DNA of 64,000 nucleotides from Nitrosarchaeum sp. (GCA_965223865.1 OZ245020.1:1152001-1216000); one strand, 5' to 3'. Shown: positions 1 through 11,183, numbered from the stretch's first letter. Notes: generated by a model from the sequence alone, not told the origin. Program-made: numbers and translations.

Positions 1-176
1 AAATTCCATTTTTTTTATAGAGTGAGTGAATTTAGGTCAGAAAGTTTGTTTTCTTTAAGCAATTTTTTAGAAATATTTGTAATTATGATAATTTTAGTAA
101 TTCTGAATGTATTCCAAAAATGTTAAGCTTTGCGAAAGTAATTTAGGGGTTAATTTTTCTAAAGAAAATACGAAAC

Positions 177-1994
177 TTGTCAAAGATTGTAGTTGATACT
201 AGTGTAATAATTAATGGTCAGCTTATTACCCAAGTAGAATCTGGAAATATCCAAAATTCTGAAATTATAATTCCACAAGCAGTTATTGATGAACTCCAGT
301 CTCAAGCATCTCAAAAAAAAGAACAAGGATATGTGGGTCTTGAAGAAATAAAAAAAATAAAAGACATTTCAAGTAATTTTGGACTTGAAATTTCAATTAA
401 AGGACATCATCCAACATCTGATGACATCAAAATGGCCGGTACTGGAAAAATAGATTCAATAATCAAGGATTTGGCAAAACAAAATAATGCTGTATTGTAT
501 ACTTCTGATAAAGCTCAGCATCTAGTTTCACAGGCTGAAGGTGTAGAATCAATCCTTATCAAACCCATTCCAAAAGAAATTCAGCTTGAGTTTTTAAAAT
601 TTTTTGATTCAAATACTATGAGTATTCATCTCAAAGAAAATTTACCACCATTGGGGAAAAAAGGAAAACCTGGAAATTTTTCTCTAACAAAACTCTCTGA
701 TGAGAAATCCTCAAAAGAATATCTAGAATTTATTTCCACTCAAATTTTAGAGGCTGCAAAAATTTCAGATTCTAGCACAATTGAAATATCAAAGACTGGA
801 GCATCTGTAATCCAACATGAGGATTATAGAATTGCAATTACTCGGCCTCCTTTTTCTGAAGCCTTTGAAATCACAATTGTCCATCCAATTGTAAAACTCT
901 CTCTTGACGACTATGATATATCTGAGGAACTAATGAGTCGATTCTCCGATCGAGCAGAAGGAATTGTGATCTCAGGTCCTCCTGGTTCTGGAAAAAGTAC
1001 TTTGGCATCAGGTCTTGCTAATTTCTATCATGCTCGTGGAAAAATTGTAAAAACTTTTGAATCTCCACGAGATTTACAAGTAGATCCAGGAATCACTCAA
1101 TACACAAAACTTGATGGGAGTTTTGATAATACTGCAGACATTCTATTACTGGTTAGGCCTGATTATACAATTTTTGATGAAGTAAGAAGACGTGAAGACT
1201 TTAGAACATTTGCAGATCTTAGACTTACAGGAGTGGGAATGATTGGGGTTGTACATGCAAATTCTCCTCTTGATGCAATTCAGAGGTTCATTGGAAAGAT
1301 TGAGCTTGGTATAATTCCAAATGTCCTGGATACTGTTGTCTTTGTAAAAAACGGTAGAATAGAAACAGTTTATGATTTGAAATTAAAAGTAAAGGTTCCA
1401 ACAGGAATGACTGAATCTGATTTGGCAAGACCTGTTATTGAAATTAGAAATTTTCAAGATAATGTCTTAGAACATGAAATCTATACTTTTGGAGAAGAAA
1501 ATGTAATTGTTCCAGTGGCAAAACGAGTTCAAAAAGTTGGAATTGAAAAGATCGCTGAGGAAAAAATTCGTGACATATTCAAAAGATATGATTCTCGTGC
1601 TGAAGTTGAAATTTTATCTGACAATAGAGTTCGCGTGTTGGTTGATAAAACTTCAATTCCTTCAATTATTGGAAGAGGAGGTTCTAACATAAATGAGATT
1701 GAAAAACAACTTAATGTACACATTGATGTAGAAGAAAAGGGTTCGTCTTCAGGTTCTATTTCAGGTGATCTTCCTTTTACTTTTTCAGAATCTAAAACTA
1801 CTCTAATTCTCACTGTTAGTAGAGAATACACGTCAATGCATGCTGATATTTACGTGCATGACAAGTATGTAACATCTACTCGAATTGGTAAAAAAGGACA
1901 GATAAAAATTCCAAAACGCTCTGATATTGCAAGAAATCTTATGCAGTTAGCATCATCTCAAAATGAGATTCAGATATTTCTTAAAGATTTTTAA
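177..1994 (+). CDS. PIN-domain P-loop ATPase with C-terminal KH domain (PINA-like)
   Basis: N-terminal VVDTS PIN motif, Walker A GPPGSGKST, Walker B IFDE, KH motif IIGRGG; TTG start. Confidence 0.9.
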   Translation: MSKIVVDTSVIINGQLITQVESGNIQNSEIIIPQAVIDELQSQASQKKEQGYVGLEEIKKIKDISSNFGLEISIKGHHPTSDDIKMAGTGKIDSIIKDLAKQNNAVLYTSDKAQHLVSQAEGVESILIKPIPKEIQLEFLKFFDSNTMSIHLKENLPPLGKKGKPGNFSLTKLSDEKSSKEYLEFISTQILEAAKISDSSTIEISKTGASVIQHEDYRIAITRPPFSEAFEITIVHPIVKLSLDDYDISEELMSRFSDRAEGIVISGPPGSGKSTLASGLANFYHARGKIVKTFESPRDLQVDPGITQYTKLDGSFDNTADILLLVRPDYTIFDEVRRREDFRTFADLRLTGVGMIGVVHANSPLDAIQRFIGKIELGIIPNVLDTVVFVKNGRIETVYDLKLKVKVPTGMTESDLARPVIEIRNFQDNVLEHEIYTFGEENVIVPVAKRVQKVGIEKIAEEKIRDIFKRYDSRAEVEILSDNRVRVLVDKTSIPSIIGRGGSNINEIEKQLNVHIDVEEKGSSSGSISGDLPFTFSESKTTLILTVSREYTSMHADIYVHDKYVTSTRIGKKGQIKIPKRSDIARNLMQLASSQNEIQIFLKDF

Positions 1995-2445
1995 AATTCT
2001 CTAAAATTTTAGGATTTGATTTTAGAAATGTGATAAACTTTCTTAGTTGTTTGATTGTTTTTGCATTAAGATGATGTTCAATCCCTTCAATATCCTTATT
2101 TGCCGTCTCATCACTGATTCCTAATATTCCAAAAAACTCTAACAAAATTCCGTGTTTTTGGCGAATTCCTTCTGCAACTTGAGAGCCTTTCGTTGTCAGA
2201 TTGATCCCATGGTATTTCTCATATTCTAGTAACCCATTTTCATCCAATCTTTTTAGCATTTTAGTTACGCTTGGGGCACTTACGTTCATGTACCTGGAAA
2301 TGTCAAGAGTAGTGGCATATCCTTTCAGCTCAACTAATTCAGAAATAATTTCAAGATAATCCTCCATTCTTGCACTGGATCCACTTCTTTCGGATTTGTG
2401 AGCTGCTTTTATCGATTCTAATCTCTTTGAGTTTTTTACCTTCAA
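1981..2445 (-). CDS. DtxR/MntR-family metal-dependent transcriptional regulator
   Basis: MEDYLE helix, HTH 'VSAPSVTKMLKRL', 'EGIEHH' metal-binding site. Confidence 0.9.
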   Translation of the reverse strand: MKVKNSKRLESIKAAHKSERSGSSARMEDYLEIISELVELKGYATTLDISRYMNVSAPSVTKMLKRLDENGLLEYEKYHGINLTTKGSQVAEGIRQKHGILLEFFGILGISDETANKDIEGIEHHLNAKTIKQLRKFITFLKSNPKILENFKNL

Positions 2446-2569
2446 GACTTCTTTTTACCTAAAAGATTCTACTATAATTGAATGTCTTTTTCTCTTTGGG
2501 CAGGTTATCCTTTATTGACTTGGGAGTAATAGATCTTGATCTTTGAATCTTATCTAATTTTTTCAAAAT

Positions 2570-2929
2570 ATGAGTCGGATGGCTGACCACTTAAAGAAAC
2601 GTTTAGACAAATTACGTAGGTATTCTGATTCTGTAAAACGCAGGACATCTTTGTATTCTGATATTGCAAAAATTGATGATAAACACACTGCAAATTCTTT
2701 AGGTGCACTACAAAAAGCACCTGCACCTGGAAAAAAACTTCAAAAGATTGGTTTTATCATGTTATGGGTTCCTGAACCCACTGGTGTCACATGTGCTCTT
2801 GGAGGCCCAATGATTGTGGCTGGGAGATATCTTGAAAAAAAATACAACAGTGCTACAATTCACGATATTGGACATGAGACAAAAAACACTTTCTCCACTC
2901 TTAAAGATTTTAAGAATTCTGTAATGTGA
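2570..2929 (+). CDS. hypothetical protein
   Basis: 119-aa ORF, hydrophobic PEPTG segment; fills intergenic space. Confidence 0.6.
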   Translation: MSRMADHLKKRLDKLRRYSDSVKRRTSLYSDIAKIDDKHTANSLGALQKAPAPGKKLQKIGFIMLWVPEPTGVTCALGGPMIVAGRYLEKKYNSATIHDIGHETKNTFSTLKDFKNSVM

Positions 2930-2967
2930 TGCTCTAGTTTTTAAAAGGATTTAGAAAATAATATTGT

Positions 2968-3459
2968 ATGGCAACTAGAACACAAATTTTGATTCCAATA
3001 GGTATAGCCACTGTTATTGTTGGTGTTGTTGGTTTAATATCAATACCAAGTGATAGCAAATTAGAATCTGTGGAATTTCCAAGAGGCACCATCAAAGTCG
3101 ATGAGGTGTCTTTACAAGTTCAAGTTGCAGATACTGAACCAAGACGAATTCGTGGTTTGATGTTCCAAGATCAACTTCCATATGATCAAGGGATGATTTT
3201 TGTTTTTGAACAACCTGGGTCTTATTCTCTCTGGATGTTGAACATGCAATTTACACTTGACATGATTTGGTTTGACGCTCAAGGAAATGTAGTGCATATA
3301 GAAAAAGATGTTCCTCCATGTAAAACTGCAATTGAAACAATGGCTTGTCAGAGTATTATTCCTGAAGGAAACGCTATGTATATTCTTGAAGTAACTTCTG
3401 GATTCATAGAAAAAAATAACATAACAAAAGATTCAAAGCTTAGTATAATCTCAATTTAG
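2968..3459 (+). CDS. DUF192-family protein with N-terminal membrane anchor
   Basis: Motifs VADT...GLMF, GMIFVF, WMLNM..LDMIW, YILE...G. Confidence 0.85.
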   Translation: MATRTQILIPIGIATVIVGVVGLISIPSDSKLESVEFPRGTIKVDEVSLQVQVADTEPRRIRGLMFQDQLPYDQGMIFVFEQPGSYSLWMLNMQFTLDMIWFDAQGNVVHIEKDVPPCKTAIETMACQSIIPEGNAMYILEVTSGFIEKNNITKDSKLSIISI

Positions 3460-3499
3460 GTTGCAAAACCTTATCTTTGAATGATTATTGAGGTAAAAA

Positions 3500-4129
3500 A
3501 TGAATAAGAAAATCTTAATTCCGATAATTTTAAGTATTGTTATTGTAATTTCATTTTCTTCGTTTTATTTTTCAGATGAAAAAAAGCCATCTGCTATTTC
3601 TAAATTGAATCTCTCTTATGATTCTTCAAATTCTCAAATGCAATTAATGTTAGAACCAAGTGGAATTGCAATGTCAAATCCGTTGAATTTAAAGGGAGAC
3701 TTCATTGAGCAATACTGTCAGTTCTTTTCTGATGAAAATCTTCAAAATTCTGTGCAGTATTGCACCTCAACTGAATTGATTGATTCAGACGGTCATTTCA
3801 TTGGAAATATTCACATGGTGGGAGATCCTAATTCCCCTTTTGCAGTTTTGGGAATAATACAAACAGATCCTTTCATGTCTGAACTCAATTCTGTAAAGGT
3901 AATATCTGAGGCGATGATAAAATCACTAGTTTGTGATTGTTGGATGAATGAAAAGCCAGGAGGTTTTGAGTCTGTTTCTGATTGGGTTGACGCTACAAAA
4001 TCTTATCATTTAGAAGCAAAAAAAATTACAAGTAAATCCGAAATAAATAATCTTGCTCAAAAACAACTGTTGATTGAAATTAGCACAAATAAAGAAGGTT
4101 TTCTTTGGAAGTTCATAGTAACAGACTAA
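3500..4129 (+). CDS. hypothetical membrane-anchored/secreted protein
   Basis: N-terminal hydrophobic helix, several Cys; 209 aa. Confidence 0.7.
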   Translation: MNKKILIPIILSIVIVISFSSFYFSDEKKPSAISKLNLSYDSSNSQMQLMLEPSGIAMSNPLNLKGDFIEQYCQFFSDENLQNSVQYCTSTELIDSDGHFIGNIHMVGDPNSPFAVLGIIQTDPFMSELNSVKVISEAMIKSLVCDCWMNEKPGGFESVSDWVDATKSYHLEAKKITSKSEINNLAQKQLLIEISTNKEGFLWKFIVTD

Positions 4130-4164
4130 ATCAAGATTAATTCAGTATATGTGATGATTATAGT

Positions 4165-4938
4165 ATGATTGAACAACTTTGGCTAGTTCCTTTGGGATTT
4201 GTTGCAGGGGTATTAGGATCTATGATTGGTCTTGGTGGAGGAATAGTTGTTGTTCCAGTTTTAACTTTTTTTGGATTTCCTCCAACTTTAGCTGCAAGTA
4301 ATAGTTTGTTTGCTGCCTTTAGTAATGCTGTTGCTTCTACGTTCTCATATTCACGGCAAAAACGGATAGAATACTCTCTGGGTTTGAAGTTAGGATTGTT
4401 AACTATTCCTGGAACCATTTTAGGTGCATATGTTTCTAGTGATGTAACTCCTGGGATTTTCAAAATATTGTTTGGTTTGGTATTGGTTTCCTCTGCTGCT
4501 TACATTTTTTTGAGAAAGAGACTTGATACTCGAGAAAAAACTATCAATAAACAAATAATGATATTTGGAATTGGTGCAAGTTTTTTTGCCGGGATAATAT
4601 CCTCATTTTTTGGAATAGGTGGAGGAATTATTTTTGTTCCTTTGATGGTAGTTGGAATGGGAATGGCAATGAAAAAAGCTGCTCCTACATCTCAATTCAT
4701 TTTATTGTTCGCGTCATTATCGGGAATCATTGTTCATAGTATTCTTGGCCATCCTGATTTTCTTCAAGCTGGTCTTTTGGCAGCAGGCTCGTTTATGGGA
4801 GGATTATTTGGTGCTAGATTATCAGTTGAAATAAAAGAGCGTTCTCTTCAAATCCTAGTCTCTGTAATTATTCTCGGTGCAGCAATAAAGCTCTTTTTTG
4901 ATTCAGCTAGTGAAAATGTATTTTTGATTGGCGGATAA
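4165..4938 (+). CDS. TauE/SafE (sulfite exporter) family membrane protein
   Basis: Two GLGGG/GIGGG...VP repeats, multiple TM helices. Confidence 0.9.
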   Translation: MIEQLWLVPLGFVAGVLGSMIGLGGGIVVVPVLTFFGFPPTLAASNSLFAAFSNAVASTFSYSRQKRIEYSLGLKLGLLTIPGTILGAYVSSDVTPGIFKILFGLVLVSSAAYIFLRKRLDTREKTINKQIMIFGIGASFFAGIISSFFGIGGGIIFVPLMVVGMGMAMKKAAPTSQFILLFASLSGIIVHSILGHPDFLQAGLLAAGSFMGGLFGARLSVEIKERSLQILVSVIILGAAIKLFFDSASENVFLIGG

Positions 4939-5034
4939 TCATGCCTTACAAAACTTGTTTTTATCATTCAAAATCTTTAAGAAAATTTAAGGATTTTTTT
5001 AAAACATGGATTAGGATGATTGTTTTTTCTTAAA

Positions 5035-5487
5035 TTATCTTGGTGGGTCTTTTTTTATTCTATAGAGGTTCTTGTTTGATATCACCACCGTTTCACCTTC
5101 TTGTGTTGTGCCTTCATAATCGATGGCAATCTTTCCATAATCCTCATCAATATCTTCTTTGGACGATACTGTAAACTTTAGTTTCAATACCTCATCAGTG
5201 TAAAGTGGTTTTAGAAACCGTGTGTTTCTGTTTTCCCATTTATCGTCTCCATCTGTTCCAATAAAGATTATATGATTTCCATAAATCTGACTTAATCTTG
5301 TAAATTCTCCTTCCATTCTAGATAATATTGCCCTGCCTGAAACAATTTTTTGTTTGCCTTTTTCTTTGTTTTCTAAAAACGCATTTCTAATTCTGGAAAA
5401 ACTGAGATATTCGTCTAATTCTTTATCTGATACACTGCAAGTTGAAAAGAATTGATCTCCTACTTTGAATTCTGAAAATTTCCTCAT
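5035..5487 (-). CDS. MaoC-like hot-dog fold protein
   Basis: 'FSEFKVGD', 'TRFLKPLYTDEVL' MaoC-type motifs; 2 bp downstream of the SDR gene. Confidence 0.7.
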   Translation of the reverse strand: MRKFSEFKVGDQFFSTCSVSDKELDEYLSFSRIRNAFLENKEKGKQKIVSGRAILSRMEGEFTRLSQIYGNHIIFIGTDGDDKWENRNTRFLKPLYTDEVLKLKFTVSSKEDIDEDYGKIAIDYEGTTQEGETVVISNKNLYRIKKDPPR

Positions 5488-5489
5488 TC

Positions 5490-7264
5490 TTATCTTAATT
5501 CGTCAACACAAAATGTAACTTCTGCTGATGAAGCTGCATTTTCTGACGTAAGGAAATTAAATGCTTGAGCAATTCTCTCATTGCTTGGTTCTACTCCTGA
5601 AACAGAACCTGGGAAAATTGTGAACATTCTGATATTTGATTTTAGAACGTCACTTAATTCCTGGTTTACTGTTGTTGTAAATGGTCTTAATGCTCCTCTA
5701 AATACTTCTACTTGGGCTCTTTGAACCCCTGTAACTTTTCTTCCAGATGGTAAATCTGGACCGATGATCATCATTGCTCCATTTGCATCTTTGTATAATC
5801 TAGGATCTTTACTCCCTCCTGGAACGAATTGCTCTAAAACTCCCTGTGCTACTGTTGCAGGTGTTGTAATGAATTTTTCAATTAATTCTTCCCATTCTGC
5901 TCTTGTTAAATCTGTGATTTTTGGGATTTCTGGAAGTTTTCCAGTGATATGGATTACTCCTAGAATATCTCCAATGTTGGTCTTTGCGGTGTTTAGCCAT
6001 CTTTGAACCTCCTCGGGATTCTTGATATTGACTACATGCGAATGGAATTTTCCACTGATGTATTCTTGTAATGGCTGCGGCGTTGATTCTGAAATAAAGC
6101 AAGCAACTTTACCTCCATTTTTTTCAACATGTTGAGCTAAGAATTCTACTCTTTCTGCATCTGTTTTATCTGTTGCATCTATAGTAAACACAATTGCTTT
6201 TCCAGTAAAGTCTGGTTGGTGAACTCCTGGAGTTGTAGTTCCTATATGGGGTTTTACTGGATAAAATACTCTATCTCCTGGAATTACTTTTCCATTAAGG
6301 ATTTTTGCAATTTCCTCATCACATAAATTCAAAACCGATTCGGCAACTTGTCCTTGTGCCAAAAATTCTTGATTTGCAATCATATGTGATGTATTTTTTT
6401 GAACCTTCTCTGCAATGCTTTGAATTTTGTTCAATAGATTTGTAAATGTCTCAGTTAATTTTTGAATATCTTTACCATCTGCCAGTTTGTTTGCAGCTGC
6501 GGCAATTCCTTCTTTTATGACATTTTCATCTTCTCCTAATAATGGAAGAAGTTCTTTGTTTGCAGCATTTACTTCAACAGGTGAAAGATCCTCAAATCCA
6601 CTTACTCTCATAAATTCAGCTGCGGCTTTTGGATATACCGTTTTGTAAATTCGATCTGAATGAACTGGTCCCGGGTTTGTTGCAATTGATATTATTCCTT
6701 TTTCTGTTAACTCCCATGACATTAATTCAGCTAGTCTGTTCTTTGCTCCTTGTGAGGCAGTATATGGACTTCTGAATCTGTAAGGTCTTTGCTCAAGTGG
6801 TCTTTCTTCTGTGAAAAATGTGGATATTGTAATGATCTTCCCTTCTTCTTTCATTACTTTTAATGCTTGGACTGAACCCCAAAAAGTACCGGTAAGGTGA
6901 ATTCCTACTGTACTTTTAAAGTCATCAAGTGGTGCATTTGCAAAACACGTAACAGGTCCTGACACTCCTGCATTATTAATTATGTAATCAACTGTTACGT
7001 TATCATTTTTTAATGAATCAAACATGTTTGTCATACTTTCTTCATCACTGACATCTACTCCTGAGAAAATTCTCACCGATGCTCCACTGTTTTTTTGAGA
7101 AATAATATCTTCAAGCATTTAGATGTCTCTTCTAGTGGTTCTGGTCTTCTGCCCAAGATTATTACACTAGCACCATTTTCAACAAATTTTTTGGCTATAG
7201 CCTGTCCAATTCCTGTTCCACTTCCAGTAACTAGAGCAACTTTATTTTGAAATTTTAGAGTCAA
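5490..7264 (-). CDS. Tandem-domain SDR oxidoreductase, split by a single frameshift near 7119
   Basis: ORF 7073-7264 has the Rossmann motif VTGSGTGIG; ORF 5490-7118 has NNAG and catalytic region; adding one A in TCT-AAA-(A)TG-CTT joins them. Confidence 0.85.
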
Positions 7265-7353
7265 TAAATTGTCATTTTTTTTGTAATATTTATTTGGATT
7301 GATCTCCGAAATTTTTTCTTGATATCTTTATTTGTGGGTATTATTCATGATTT

Positions 7354-7593
7354 ATGATGCATGACACCGAGCCAGATACATTTGTCTTAAAATCTTGGCC
7401 TGAAAAATTTAGTGATATGTTAAATGAGTTTGGTGTGGACTCTGAAGCAAAGGAGATTGGAACTGATGACGTGGAAAAAGGCGATTATTACGGTAGATAT
7501 TTTGCTCATACAGCTAGAATGATCACAAATAGAGGATGTCTCGATGTGAAAAATTCTAATATTGACGTCATTCAAATTGTTCAAAAGGGATAA
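7354..7593 (+). CDS. hypothetical protein
   Basis: 79-aa ORF, 2 bp before next gene, host-like codon use. Confidence 0.7.
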   Translation: MMHDTEPDTFVLKSWPEKFSDMLNEFGVDSEAKEIGTDDVEKGDYYGRYFAHTARMITNRGCLDVKNSNIDVIQIVQKG

Positions 7594-7595
7594 AG

Positions 7596-7973
7596 ATGCA
7601 AGATCCAAATCCTATGCCATGGGGTGCACTTGACAGATATCAAGCCCATTTTATAGTGAGAAAAGACGCAGGTCGTGGAGTGTCAAATTATCTTGCAAAA
7701 ACAAAACTTACGACTAGAGGTCATTTTGCAGCAAAGACTGTTGAAAAGGTTGAGTGGGATGGCAATGGCAGTCTTGCAACAATACTCAATGAAGATGCTG
7801 AATTAAATGAAATGATTGCTAGGCAATCTGTTTCTGATGCTACCATTTATGTTGAGCCAACAGATGGTGCTATCAGAATACGAAACAAGTGGAAAAATCA
7901 TCTTGATTTTGGAATTACAAAAGAACTTTTTGAAATCTATGACCGAATTGCTGGTCACATAAAAAACATTTAG
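7596..7973 (+). CDS. hypothetical protein
   Basis: 125-aa ORF in apparent operon with previous gene. Confidence 0.7.
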   Translation: MQDPNPMPWGALDRYQAHFIVRKDAGRGVSNYLAKTKLTTRGHFAAKTVEKVEWDGNGSLATILNEDAELNEMIARQSVSDATIYVEPTDGAIRIRNKWKNHLDFGITKELFEIYDRIAGHIKNI

Positions 7974-8506
7974 GCTTTCCACCAATCTAAAGCTAGAAAA
8001 TCTATTTTTTCTTTTCCTTTCGGTATTGCGAAGATGAATTGTTTTCTGACTGTAGTTGCAAGTCTACCAGCTAACACTATTCCTATTGATGTAATTGGTT
8101 CATTTCTACCGTATACCTGAATCAAGTATGGGGCATGATCAATTCCAGGTCCTCGTTCATATACTGCAAAGTCACATCCAAACTTTATTCCTGGATTGAT
8201 AATGTATCCTTTGTTTCTAAAATTTTTGTAAACTTGGTATTTTTTATCAAAGTCATGATATTCTTTCTTACAAATTTCAGTCATTTTATCAATAGTTATT
8301 TTTTGTTTAGATTTGTAAATTGAAATTTTTTTATTTTCAAGTAAATATAGTCCCTCTATCAAGTCTAAAATTAACGGAACGTTGATTTCTTCTGGTTTTG
8401 GTTTTGGGATTCCTATTGGTTTTCCATAATAACCTTGGCTGAAAAGTTTGCGGGAATCTTCAATGCTCCAAACAATTATTCGATTTTTTATGATCTCGCT
8501 TTTCAT
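7970..8506 (-). CDS. endA: tRNA-intron endonuclease, catalytic subunit
   Basis: G.KFG.DF.VY..GP..DHAPY, GRLATTVRK: catalytic Y/H/K triad. Confidence 0.92.
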   Translation of the reverse strand: MKSEIIKNRIIVWSIEDSRKLFSQGYYGKPIGIPKPKPEEINVPLILDLIEGLYLLENKKISIYKSKQKITIDKMTEICKKEYHDFDKKYQVYKNFRNKGYIINPGIKFGCDFAVYERGPGIDHAPYLIQVYGRNEPITSIGIVLAGRLATTVRKQFIFAIPKGKEKIDFLALDWWKA

Positions 8507-8577
8507 GTTTTTTTCAAAATAACTTCATATATGAATTCTATACTTTTAAAATCAAAAGTAAAAATGTTGTGGGGAAT

Positions 8578-9231
8578 TTAGAGGCTTAATGCTAATAGGA
8601 TGAATGAATCTGAAACTCGTTGGCACTTGTCTGCCATCTCTTCAATTCCTTCAATCACATCTTTCATCAACATTAATTCTTTTGTGTTTGTGACTTCATT
8701 TAGAAGTTTGAGGGTTGCTTGTCTATACTTGATATCAATTTCTCGTTCAATTGTTTGTGTTTCTTGTGCTAATTCTATTGCACTTGCTGTGTTTGTGTTA
8801 AGACTACGAATGATTTCGTTTAGTTTGTAAACTTGGTCTACGACTAATTCGATCAATTTTGTAATCTCCTGATCAAGTTTTGAACTCTTCAAAGTTGTTG
8901 GCTTTACATTGGAAAGTTTAAAGGATATTCCTGTAATGTATCCTGCAATTTCATCCATCGTATATGCTGTATTGAGGAGATTTTCTCTATTCATGATGAG
9001 ACCTCCTACATCAGCTACTTCTCTTGTGATCTTCCGTCTGAGATTTTCTACTTCTTCTTCGATGGTAGAAATTTGTTCAAGGGCATTTTTGATACCTGTT
9101 TTGTCTTTTTTCATCATGAGATCTGGCAAGGTTGCAAGTTCTCTTGATGCATTTAGAATTCTATTGATTTCGTCTTGTAAAACTGCTATAGCCTTTCTTT
9201 TTGCTTGAACTTCAAGCTCTCCGCTATACAT
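8578..9231 (-). CDS. DUF47/PhoU-like phosphate transport regulator
   Basis: Helical repeats 'EEEVENLRR' and 'EREIDIKYR...EEMADKC'. Confidence 0.8.
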   Translation of the reverse strand: MYSGELEVQAKRKAIAVLQDEINRILNASRELATLPDLMMKKDKTGIKNALEQISTIEEEVENLRRKITREVADVGGLIMNRENLLNTAYTMDEIAGYITGISFKLSNVKPTTLKSSKLDQEITKLIELVVDQVYKLNEIIRSLNTNTASAIELAQETQTIEREIDIKYRQATLKLLNEVTNTKELMLMKDVIEGIEEMADKCQRVSDSFILLALSL

Positions 9232-9299
9232 TTCAAAATTCTAAAATATACTCAGGTAATTTAAATCCTCTATGTTTGTATGATTTTTTTGTAAAATCG

Positions 9300-11066
9300 T
9301 CATATTCTATTTTTATCATAGGCAATTTTTTTCTGTCCTCTGAACAATGTAACAACTTCTTCATTTGTTGAGGCATCTTCGACTGCTTTTTCAACCCTGA
9401 TCTTTCCTGTGAACTTTGGGAAGCGTAGTGCTAACCCTGTATTTTTCCTAATAACACCGCTTGCTGCTTTATGGATTGGGCTAAGAGTTATTTCTGATGC
9501 TACAACTTCTACTACTAACTCTGGCTCAAACCACACATCTGCTTCCATTTCACTGTCTATTCTCGGATTTTTTTTTATTGTTACTTTATTGGATAAAATT
9601 TGATAGAGTTGGTCTAAATTTTCATCTGTAAAACCTGTTCCAACTTTACAAATACTAGTAAACAAATCACTATCGTCATCATATGTTGCCAAAAGTAAAG
9701 TTCCATAACGTCCAGTTCTTCTACCTTTTCCAAAAAACGCTCCAATAACTACCAAGTCTAAACTGTCGCCAAGCTCATTTCTATATTCCCGTTTAAGCTT
9801 TAACCAATAACTTCCTCTGGAACCTGCCTGATATGGTTTGTCCATCATTTTTAACATCAATCCCTCACATCCTGAATTAATGCTGTTCTCTAAAAATTCT
9901 TCAATTTCATTTTCATTTGTTACAATACTCATTGGAATATTTCTTGCAAATTCATCTTCTTTTACAATTTTTTCTAATAGTTTTCTTCTTTCTATGTATT
10001 TTAATTGCAGACAACTTTTTTCATTATAATACAATAAATCAAAAAAATTAACAGTAATTGGGTATTGTGAAACTGCTTTTTCAATTTTATATTTTCTCCT
10101 TCTATGCATTAATTCTTGAAATGGTAAGAATTCTCCTGTGTTTTCATTAATTGCAACTGCTTCTGCCTCTAAAATTGCTTTATCTGCTTGAATTGATTTA
10201 GGAATTTTTTCTACTATGTCTGGATAATAACTAGTAATATTTTCTAAACTTCTTGAAAATAAAACGACTTTGTCTCTTTCTATGTGAAGTTGAACTCTTT
10301 CCCCATCTAACTTGTATTCTGCTGCAAATTCATTTCCCATTTTTTCAATTGCTTCATTTTCACTCTTTACTCTATCTGCAAGCATTGGACGGACTGGATT
10401 AAACAAATTGATTTCGAATTTTTCTACTCCATCTATTCCTTTACTTGCAATAACTTGAGCAACTTTTCCCAAATCACTTGAAACATTATATGAATGTTCC
10501 AAAATCTTTCTATTTTCTTTATTGTTTGTAAATGCAATAGCAAGAGCATCCATTACTGTATTCTCTGCAATTCCTAATCTTAGTGTACCGAGTAAAATTT
10601 TCAAAATAAAACTAGCTTCAATCGGTGTTGCATCATTAAGTAGACTTGAAATGTATTTTATTTTCATATCTTGAGAACGAGAACCCTCTAGTTTTGCAAT
10701 TTTGAATAATGTTTCATATACTCTTTCTACCGTAATATCTTCCACGAGAAAAGTTGTTTGTGTTTTCTGCTCTAAAATTATTGATGCAGCATTTCCAAGA
10801 TCCCCTTCCTTTCTGTACTCTGTTTCGATTTTCTTAATTGGTATGCCTGACGATTTTGATATTGCTCTTATTGCAAGTTTTTCAGCAACCCCTAACTCTA
10901 TTCCCTCAAAATCTGGTCTTAATTTTCCTTGCAAAAGATAAACAATTTTTGAAATAACTTCGTGTGGAGTTCTTCCAAACAATTCTACTAAGTATTGTGT
11001 AAGTTCTAATCTTTTTCTGGTTTTTTCCATTTTACTAAAAGAATCAGCTAATATAGAATACTCCAT
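9300..11066 (-). CDS. lig: ATP-dependent DNA ligase
   Basis: Motif I EYKLDGER, EGLMLK, WLKLK, LRFPKF. Confidence 0.97.
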   Translation of the reverse strand: MEYSILADSFSKMEKTRKRLELTQYLVELFGRTPHEVISKIVYLLQGKLRPDFEGIELGVAEKLAIRAISKSSGIPIKKIETEYRKEGDLGNAASIILEQKTQTTFLVEDITVERVYETLFKIAKLEGSRSQDMKIKYISSLLNDATPIEASFILKILLGTLRLGIAENTVMDALAIAFTNNKENRKILEHSYNVSSDLGKVAQVIASKGIDGVEKFEINLFNPVRPMLADRVKSENEAIEKMGNEFAAEYKLDGERVQLHIERDKVVLFSRSLENITSYYPDIVEKIPKSIQADKAILEAEAVAINENTGEFLPFQELMHRRRKYKIEKAVSQYPITVNFFDLLYYNEKSCLQLKYIERRKLLEKIVKEDEFARNIPMSIVTNENEIEEFLENSINSGCEGLMLKMMDKPYQAGSRGSYWLKLKREYRNELGDSLDLVVIGAFFGKGRRTGRYGTLLLATYDDDSDLFTSICKVGTGFTDENLDQLYQILSNKVTIKKNPRIDSEMEADVWFEPELVVEVVASEITLSPIHKAASGVIRKNTGLALRFPKFTGKIRVEKAVEDASTNEEVVTLFRGQKKIAYDKNRI

Positions 11067-11183
11067 TCCATTTCTCTCTTGGTCCTGAATAAAAGTTTGA
11101 ATCTAGATATGTATGGAGGAAGAATACTACAAAGAGGCGTAATGAAAAATTTTGGGAAAATTACAGGTCAAAATTACTTCATT

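Noticed and set aside
1-9. Possible start (ATGGAATTT on minus strand) of a gene leaving the window
   Set aside because: Only 9 nt visible; cannot be supported
7110-7125. Programmed ribosomal frameshift in the SDR gene
   Set aside because: No slippery heptamer or downstream structure seen; a single missing A is the simpler explanation
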